Under the pieces are notes generated by a model. It did no database searches. It was given only the letters and a program-made list of their open reading frames with translations, and had not been told where the DNA came from. This document shows, one piece after another, positions 25,615 to 32,000 of a DNA stretch of 32,000 bases. The stretch covers positions 240,001-272,000 of the forward strand of contig SHMX01000001.1 in assembly GCA_008080745.1 (NCBI GenBank), given 5' to 3'. The position numbers were made by a program, and so were the translations under genes. The stretch is from Candidatus Thorarchaeota archaeon (GTDB lineage Archaea > Asgardarchaeota > Thorarchaeia > Thorarchaeales > Thorarchaeaceae). Position 1 is the first letter of the stretch, and the number at the start of each line of letters is the position of its first letter.

Positions 25615-26877
25615 ATGGAAACAGCTAGGGGAGCAAATATTGTGTCTCGTGAACCCGAACGGCTACCATCCGTAACAGATGTTACTCGTACTGTCAAAAA
25701 ACTAGGAAAGAGCTTAGCAAAGATATTCAAAGGCTCATCCGAAAAGTTAGAGAATGATTTGAGGCTACTACAATCAATACAAGCATGTAAAGACGCTTCA
25801 TTGACAGGAAATGAGGATAAACGACTTCTTGCTGTATGTCGTTTATGCGAGTTTGGAGAGAATGCACAAGAATCACTCGAGTTGACCCTATTAGATGATA
25901 GTGAAGTCATTCGGGCAGCTTCAGTAGGAATGCTCATGTTTCTACACAATACAGAGTGTCTAGAAATCATCAAGAAACACAAAGGAGATTCCAGTCCCAA
26001 AGTAAAGGCAGTCGCCAATTATGCCTTCGAGTGGCTTAAGACACAATTAGATGCCGTTCCAGAACCAATGCCAAGCAAAGTAAAGGTTTTGGGAACAAGT
26101 GACCCAAACAAATCAGATGCTGTGGAAGTCCCACTAAAATCTAGTGACGATGTTCCAGTTAAAACCGACTACACTGATATGAATGGTGCAATTGAATTTT
26201 CCGTCATCGTAATAAATGGCATGTCTGAAGAAATTCGCGATATCGAGGTGCAAATTTTAGCATACCCAGGAGATAGTCTGAATCTTACTTCTCGCTCTAA
26301 GGAGATTATTGAACGAATCGGCCCTGGAGGTAGTGAAGAAGTTGTCTTTAAACTTGAAAAGACATCAGAAGCTATCGAGGGGGAATTCATTAGCTCCGTA
26401 ACATTTGTTGACCAAAGTGGCGAAAGAATTGCAGCGAAGACCGGTAACCGTTTGATAAGATCATTTTATGCACAGATAGAACCCCTAGAGAGCAGCTCAG
26501 AAGACTATCACGATCTAAAAAGTAAGATGAAGCATTGGAGCAGGGAACATGTGGTCCCAGAAGACCCTGAAACCCTCTTCGACCAAGTCAAGGCGCTAAT
26601 GAAAAACAAGAATCTATTCATTTTGAATTCAGAGATTTCAAAAAGAGACTCTATGTACATGGGCGTCATAACTGGTATGGGCAAGGGGAAATATGTTGAT
26701 GCTAGAATTGCTGTAACATTAACAGTTCTTGGAAGGTCCAATGAAAATCTATCGAAAATGAGGATTGATGTTATATCTGAAGAGAGTACATTTGTAAATA
26801 CTGCTGCTAGTGAGATATATACTTCAATCCAAGATGTAGTTGGTGGAGATATCCTGCTAGAAACGGATAAACTCTAA
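25615..26877 (+). CDS. HEAT-repeat + linker + adaptin/coatomer appendage-like (Ig sandwich plus platform) protein
   Basis: aa ~65-142 HEAT repeats (LLDDSEVIRAAS, GDSSPKVKAVA); Pro-containing linker; aa ~180-282 beta-sandwich; aa ~284-415 platform-like region starting FYAQIEPLESSSEDYHDLKSKMKHW. Confidence 0.6.
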   Translation: METARGANIVSREPERLPSVTDVTRTVKKLGKSLAKIFKGSSEKLENDLRLLQSIQACKDASLTGNEDKRLLAVCRLCEFGENAQESLELTLLDDSEVIRAASVGMLMFLHNTECLEIIKKHKGDSSPKVKAVANYAFEWLKTQLDAVPEPMPSKVKVLGTSDPNKSDAVEVPLKSSDDVPVKTDYTDMNGAIEFSVIVINGMSEEIRDIEVQILAYPGDSLNLTSRSKEIIERIGPGGSEEVVFKLEKTSEAIEGEFISSVTFVDQSGERIAAKTGNRLIRSFYAQIEPLESSSEDYHDLKSKMKHWSREHVVPEDPETLFDQVKALMKNKNLFILNSEISKRDSMYMGVITGMGKGKYVDARIAVTLTVLGRSNENLSKMRIDVISEESTFVNTAASEIYTSIQDVVGGDILLETDKL

Positions 26878-27440
26878 ACCATTCCACCAGCTTCTAAAAT
26901 TTTGATTGCTAGTTCTAAGAAAGCAGCCTCAACATTTGTACCAGTTTTAGCTGAGGTCTCAAGAAATGAGGCATGAACACCTGAAGCAGTAATTTTATCA
27001 GCAAATGCCTGACCTTCCTCAGTAGTTACAATAGTCTGCCTCATCGCTTCGTTATCTTTGAATTGTTCACGAAGGTCTATTTTATTTCCGATAACAACCA
27101 CAGGTACCTTTCTACCAGTATTGCCCCAACACTCCTCCAACCAGTTCTCAAGGTTCTCAAATGAGGATCTCTCAACCGTGGAATAAACTGCTAGAGCGCC
27201 CTGAGCACCCATATAGAAACTTGATCGCACATTCTTGAAATGTTCCTGTCCAGCAAGGTCCCATATTTGTATACTTACATCATGCCCACCAGCTAGTTTG
27301 AGCTTTTTCACAGCAAAGTCAGCTCCAATTGTGATGTGATATGATGCTCTAAATCCTTCTCCCATGTATGTTCGTCTTAGGCTAGTTTTTCCAACTGAGC
27401 CATCGCCCATAAGAACCACTTTGAATAATGCTGTGACCAT
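26874..27440 (-). CDS. Rab-like small GTPase
   Basis: GDGSVGKT, TIGADF, WDLAGQ, FYMGA, NKID, ETSAK. Confidence 0.95.
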   Translation of the reverse strand: MVTALFKVVLMGDGSVGKTSLRRTYMGEGFRASYHITIGADFAVKKLKLAGGHDVSIQIWDLAGQEHFKNVRSSFYMGAQGALAVYSTVERSSFENLENWLEECWGNTGRKVPVVVIGNKIDLREQFKDNEAMRQTIVTTEEGQAFADKITASGVHASFLETSAKTGTNVEAAFLELAIKILEAGGMV

Positions 27441-27705
27441 GTGTATACAACCACCTGGTGATGTCGCTGATGTGCGAGCGTTATGTTACATTTCGGCTAT
27501 TTTAAGCTATGCCGACTATACGAATCTGATTGGAATAATACCAGATAAAGAAACTCAGTGTAGACTATTAATCATACTTTCGGTTATCAGTCCCCCTTGA
27601 GAATGTTCACTAAAATGAACAAAAATACATGAAAAATATCAGTAAAGCTCGTGAGATTATAGAATTACAGACCAACCGCGCCACTAGCAGATAAGGTGTC
27701 ATAAT

Positions 27706-27981
27706 ATGGGAAGGACGGTAAGAACATTTCGAGATGCGGTTGATTACGAAGAGAAAAAGTGGATGGGATTTAGACGTACTCTAGGGAAGAAACACCGTAA
27801 CAATGTTGACACAATCTTTGATAGTGCTAGAAAAATGGCTGATGCTGGCACCATGATTGTAACACCACGAACAATGGAAGTGATACTATTCTCAGCAATA
27901 TTGGAGATTCTTGAACGATTTGAGATAATCGAGGAGAAAATTGAGAGTCTGGAAGGTCGTATCAAGGAGCGGACTGAATGA
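27706..27981 (+). CDS. Small PolB2-associated protein (arCOG07300-like)
   Basis: MGRT..R......W..FRR.L...D..F..AR...A......E.ILFS.ILE pattern; ATGA overlap with the polB gene. Confidence 0.75.
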   Translation: MGRTVRTFRDAVDYEEKKWMGFRRTLGKKHRNNVDTIFDSARKMADAGTMIVTPRTMEVILFSAILEILERFEIIEEKIESLEGRIKERTE

Positions 27982-30251
27982 AAGATAAAGGATGGCTACT
28001 TGATGCTACTATTGACTATGAGAATCGGGAACTGATACTCTGGATAAAAAAAGATGGAAGAACCAAAGGATATTCGTATAACAAATTCTACCCCTCCATC
28101 TTTATTCATAAAGAGTTGGACCGCGATACAGGATGGACATGGAATCGCTTTATCCAATCGGTGAAAGAACATCCAAAGATAGTTAATGTGGAAAGAGAAA
28201 AGAAGTATGTGAGCATATATGACAGGGAGAAAAGTCCAGTAATCAGAATATATACCACTGTAGATTCGCAAAGAGAAGTGGCCCGAGACCTTGAGGACAG
28301 ATTACATACCCCAGTATATCATGCGGATATCAGCCCGATTCAACAATTCTTTATCGAGAACGAAATGTTCCCATTTGGTAGAATAGAATTTGAACGGATT
28401 GGAAACAAGATTACATCCATCACATCGCTAGACGACAGAGAAGCGATAGAATATGAATTGCCAGATTTGGAAGAAATAGGAATTGAGGTCCTAATTCAGA
28501 CAGAGGCGTTTTTTCCCCAAGATAGTGATCCGATACATAATATTGTATTATTCCATAAAGGGAGGAAAATTCGTATCAGAGAAGAAAACGAGGAGAAAAC
28601 TCTTTGTAAACTGCAAGAATACATTGATAGTATAGATCCGGATGTCATTGTAACTCAAGGTGGTGACAATCAACTATTTCGATACTTGTTTCTCAGAGCA
28701 AAAAAATATGATATCGAGTTATCCTTTTCTAGAGATCGAACACGATTGACAGTGCAAGAGGGGAGTCCCGGTTCATATTGGCAGTATAATCAGATAGTAT
28801 TTCGCTCTGGAAACCAAGTGACATTTAGAGGGCGGATTCATATTGATAATAGTGGTAGTCCCTATTATTCACCCTCAGGAATAGAGGGAGTTATTGAGGG
28901 TTGCCGTCTCGCATTCGCACCACCACAGAGAGTTTCAAGAATGACGATTGGTGCGGTTAACGCTGCGGTACAATTCTATAATGCATACAAAATGGACATT
29001 CTAATTCCACCTATTAAAAAAAACCCAGAATATCTCAAATCAGCAAGCGAGATTGCCAATATTGACAGGGGTGGCCTCATATTCCAACCACGTCCAGATA
29101 TTTACGAAAATGTGGTGGAATGTGATTTTGCATCGATGTATCCAACACTCATGGTCACCCGCAATATCAGTCCTGAAACCATTTGTATACGTACTGATTG
29201 TCCCTATGACTATCGCCATTGTATCGACGTTCCAGAATTGCAATTCAGGATATGTGGGCGTAAACGAGGCTTGGTTGCAGAATCACTGGAACTTATTATT
29301 AGGAAAAGGGATGGATTCAAGAAACTCATTTCGGATGGTCAAATGGCTTCTAAATACAAGAAGATGCAAAATACTCTGAAAGGGATTCTCGTATCATGTT
29401 TCGGATATTTGGGATTCAGAAATGCCAGATTTGGAAGAGTTGAGGCACATACTGCAGTCACCGCCTTCGCACGAGAGGTGTTACTGAAAACCCGCGAGAT
29501 TGCAGAAGAGATGAATCTAGAAATAGTACATGGTATCGTGGACTCGATATGGATACGAGGGAAGGATATCAGTCACGACCATATCCAAGAATTCTGTAAT
29601 CGGGTTTCAGAGAGAGTTGATATCAAGATGTCAATGAAGGGTGTTTATCAATGGCTTGTCATCCCATCATCCCGCACACATCCGGCAATCGCCCCCCTGA
29701 ATCGATATTATGGTGTCTTCATCAATGGGAGCATAAAGACCAGAGGAATCGAAACCCGTCGTCGCGATACCTGCCTCTATGTAGGAGACTGTCAAAAAGA
29801 GATGATTAGGACACTAGCTCGAGGAAAATCCAAGCAAGAATTCATACGGAGAATTATCAAAGCGTACCAAGTCTGTCAACAGTACATTGAACGACTACAA
29901 GCTGGGGATGTGGACATTCGAGACCTAGTACTTCATTCTAGACTGACACGAGACCCAGATCAGTATCGAGCTACATCTCGTTCTGCATTGGTTGCAAAAC
30001 AGCTTGTGAAGATTGGCCGCGATATACATGCAGGACAAAAGGTACGATATCTTATGACTGAGGCGGATTCAGAGACCCCAATAAGAAGAGTATGTGCACT
30101 AGAATTAGTCAAGGAGAGCACCCGCTACGATGTTGAGGCATATTCAAGACTCTGTATTAGAGCATTTGAAAATCTTATCCCAGCACAGTATCTTGACAAG
30201 AAGTGCTATGACCAAGACTATGAAGAGATGCTTCTGACAGATTTTTGCTAG
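27978..30251 (+). CDS. polB2: Family B DNA polymerase, PolB2 group
   Basis: Motif A DFASMYP; motif B Q..LK.IL..CFGYLG; motif C HGIVDS in place of YGDTDS; KTRGIE..RRD; degenerate exonuclease motifs. Confidence 0.88.
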   Translation: MKDKGWLLDATIDYENRELILWIKKDGRTKGYSYNKFYPSIFIHKELDRDTGWTWNRFIQSVKEHPKIVNVEREKKYVSIYDREKSPVIRIYTTVDSQREVARDLEDRLHTPVYHADISPIQQFFIENEMFPFGRIEFERIGNKITSITSLDDREAIEYELPDLEEIGIEVLIQTEAFFPQDSDPIHNIVLFHKGRKIRIREENEEKTLCKLQEYIDSIDPDVIVTQGGDNQLFRYLFLRAKKYDIELSFSRDRTRLTVQEGSPGSYWQYNQIVFRSGNQVTFRGRIHIDNSGSPYYSPSGIEGVIEGCRLAFAPPQRVSRMTIGAVNAAVQFYNAYKMDILIPPIKKNPEYLKSASEIANIDRGGLIFQPRPDIYENVVECDFASMYPTLMVTRNISPETICIRTDCPYDYRHCIDVPELQFRICGRKRGLVAESLELIIRKRDGFKKLISDGQMASKYKKMQNTLKGILVSCFGYLGFRNARFGRVEAHTAVTAFAREVLLKTREIAEEMNLEIVHGIVDSIWIRGKDISHDHIQEFCNRVSERVDIKMSMKGVYQWLVIPSSRTHPAIAPLNRYYGVFINGSIKTRGIETRRRDTCLYVGDCQKEMIRTLARGKSKQEFIRRIIKAYQVCQQYIERLQAGDVDIRDLVLHSRLTRDPDQYRATSRSALVAKQLVKIGRDIHAGQKVRYLMTEADSETPIRRVCALELVKESTRYDVEAYSRLCIRAFENLIPAQYLDKKCYDQDYEEMLLTDFC

Positions 30252-30254
30252 AGT

Positions 30255-31607
30255 CTATTCGGTTATAGCATGGGCTTGTAGAGCAATACGGGGTTTTAGT
30301 TCACGGATAGAAATTCCAGTTTCTTTCGCGACTTTGAGTACATCATCTGCTTCGGGTTTGATATTGATAATGCTTCCATCAAGTGCTCGGGATACCTTCA
30401 CACGCACCATGAATTCTTTATCATCAATCTCTAGTTTACAGACAATTGTTTCACGTACCGCCTTCAAACGTTCCCAATTGGTATATCGAATTCCAATGGT
30501 ACCTAAATGCCGGATAAGAATCTCTGCAATAGTCTTCAAACCTGATTTGGGAGCAATAACCTTGACAACAAAACAGGGCCGATTCTTCTTCCCAAAGGCA
30601 GGAATGACTACAACATCGTAGGCTAGGCCTTCAGATAGTAAAAGGTCAAATACGCTTCCGATTGCCTCACCATCGGTATCATCGACATTTGTTTCGATTA
30701 CAATTACTTCGTCTGCGTTCCATCCCTCTTGCATCTTCTTTCGTTCCTCTGCTTGTTCACTTGTTGTAGGAGTTGTAGGTTCTTTTGTTTCTATGGCGGT
30801 AGGTGTTGAAGGTTCTGTCTTTTGTGCTTCTTTGGTTGTTGATTCTTCAAACTCAGCTTCTCCGATAATAATTCGCATTACATTTGGAATATCAAGTTCT
30901 CGAATGCCAAAGCCAGCACCTTGGTTCATAGGTATAAAACCCTCTGCAGATTCGACAAATACGTCTGCTAATGTGACTAAGATTGCAGCACCAGTAGGTG
31001 TTAGGACTTCTGTATGGGCATCCCCTGGGTGAAAAGGCACATCGTGAGCTAGAAGAATCTCCTTAACAGCAGGTACAGGAACATCAAGCAATCCGTGTTC
31101 GGTCTGGATAGTTCCATTTCCTACAGCTGCTTTCGTGGAGTAAAATGTTGTGTCGTCCAATAAATCTGCAGATTGAAGCAGATATGCGGTCCCCACCAAG
31201 TCAAGAACAGTATCAATAGAACCAGTTTCATGAAGGTGTAACTTGTCAATAGGAACTTCATGAGCTCGACTCTCAGCTTGCAGAATCTCATTAAAGGCAT
31301 TTGATGCGAATTCCAGAGCCTTTTTCGATAGTTCAAGTTCTTCTGCGACTTCCTTGATAACCCGTTGCATCGAGGATGGAGAGAATCTTACAGATTGATC
31401 ATGGGAAACCTCAAGATGACAACCAGTATTGGTACCTGAACTACGAGGGACTGTCTTTACTCGCAGTGTGGGATCGTATATCAAAAGACTAGCAGCAACA
31501 GGGAGAAGGTTGTCTTCCTCACCTATCAGGTCAACCAATGCAGCTAGAAACATATCCCCAGAGGCCCCAGCAGTAGAAACATCGATTAGAACATGTTTTT
31601 TACTCAA
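30255..31607 (-). CDS. larC: Nickel pincer cofactor biosynthesis protein LarC (nickel insertase)
   Basis: GASGDM.LAAL.DL, HLHETGSIDT..D..G, TPTGAAI, G.GFG, ETNVDD, KKNRP, TIGIR, KPEADD. TTG at 31607 follows AGGAG. Confidence 0.92.
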   Translation of the reverse strand: MSKKHVLIDVSTAGASGDMFLAALVDLIGEEDNLLPVAASLLIYDPTLRVKTVPRSSGTNTGCHLEVSHDQSVRFSPSSMQRVIKEVAEELELSKKALEFASNAFNEILQAESRAHEVPIDKLHLHETGSIDTVLDLVGTAYLLQSADLLDDTTFYSTKAAVGNGTIQTEHGLLDVPVPAVKEILLAHDVPFHPGDAHTEVLTPTGAAILVTLADVFVESAEGFIPMNQGAGFGIRELDIPNVMRIIIGEAEFEESTTKEAQKTEPSTPTAIETKEPTTPTTSEQAEERKKMQEGWNADEVIVIETNVDDTDGEAIGSVFDLLLSEGLAYDVVVIPAFGKKNRPCFVVKVIAPKSGLKTIAEILIRHLGTIGIRYTNWERLKAVRETIVCKLEIDDKEFMVRVKVSRALDGSIINIKPEADDVLKVAKETGISIRELKPRIALQAHAITE

Positions 31608-31755
31608 TCTAATTATTCTCCTAGTTGTGGGTCTGCAAACTGAGCAGGTATTCCTACCTTTTCTTTCTTTTGAGGACGAGTTCTCAGAAAGCACGCCATA
31701 TTGAAGGTGAAGGCTGTCTTAAATAACGTTGTGTAAATGAACTCTGAGCACTTGT

Positions 31756-31998
31756 TCAATCTTTCTTTCCTTTACGTCTCCATTGGTCAAATATTGCCAT
31801 ATACATACATTCAGTGGGACTAATCCACATTTCTGAAGAGTCGTATGATTGGTCTGAGAGTTCTACGGGTGCATTTCGAATCAGTGCAGCAGGAATTGAT
31901 TCGTCCGATTCACCCATGACGGCTGTACAGGCGGAGGCCAAATTATCCGCTATAGCCCTTCTTGTTATTCGCATTTCATTACCAAAGAGGTCCTTTCT
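31756..31998 (-). CDS. cofE: Coenzyme F420-0:L-glutamate ligase, C-terminal part (gene runs off the window)
   Basis: Reading to the window edge gives RKDLFGNEMRITRRAIADNLASACTAVMGESDESIPAALIR, matching the CofE DLFG.EL..T..A.ADE.A.A...VMGE..E..P...IRG pattern. Confidence 0.85.
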   Translation of the reverse strand, partial: RKDLFGNEMRITRRAIADNLASACTAVMGESDESIPAALIRNAPVELSDQSYDSSEMWISPTECMYMAIFDQWRRKGKKD

Positions 31999-32000
31999 CC

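Noticed and set aside
25611-26741. Antisense ORFs within the HEAT-appendage gene
   Set aside because: Shadow ORFs with no independent evidence.
27978-30251. Intein, or casposon/viral origin of the PolB
   Set aside because: Length and motifs are continuous, with no intein signature. There is no cas1, integrase, capsid gene or terminal repeat, and the partner gene indicates cellular PolB2.
30760-30830. Short GTTGTAGG direct repeat
   Set aside because: It encodes the PTTPTT low-complexity linker of LarC; it is not a CRISPR or mobile-element repeat.
1-32000. tRNA, rRNA, CRISPR arrays, transposases
   Set aside because: Intergenic gaps are short (at most about 400 bp). By eye none shows a cloverleaf with T-loop consensus, spaced repeats or transposase motifs; tRNAscan-SE and Infernal were not run.

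Overview
Archaeal chromosomal window, most likely an Asgard archaeon (Thorarchaeia-like is my inference). Evidence: two Rab-like GTPases, a Roadblock/LC7 protein, a WD40 protein, an EF-2 paralog lacking the diphthamide motif, KaiC-like ATPases, PolB2 with its small partner gene, archaeal-type ThyA and CofE. The left third (1-12.1 kb) holds mixed accessory genes: SDR, TIM-barrel isomerase, HTH regulator, V4R-like protein, aquaporin, REC-PAS, CPBP protease, Tpt1, AlkP-family hydrolase and an ABC-2 transporter. The middle holds a thioredoxin-like gene plus class III RNR (nrdD), divergent from thyA-lrp-acetyltransferase-aEF-2 paralog. The most interesting part is 19.0-27.4 kb. A minus-strand run encodes Roadblock, a KaiB-resembling thioredoxin-fold protein, two KaiC-like ATPases and a 762-aa helical-repeat protein. 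It lies back-to-back with Rab / WD40 / HEAT-hinge-'adaptin ear'-like protein / Rab, a candidate proto-coat (membrane-trafficking-like) locus. The right end has the PolB2 pair, larC and a partial cofE. I found no rRNA, tRNA, CRISPR array, IS element or intein. All family assignments come from motif recognition by eye; no database searches were run.
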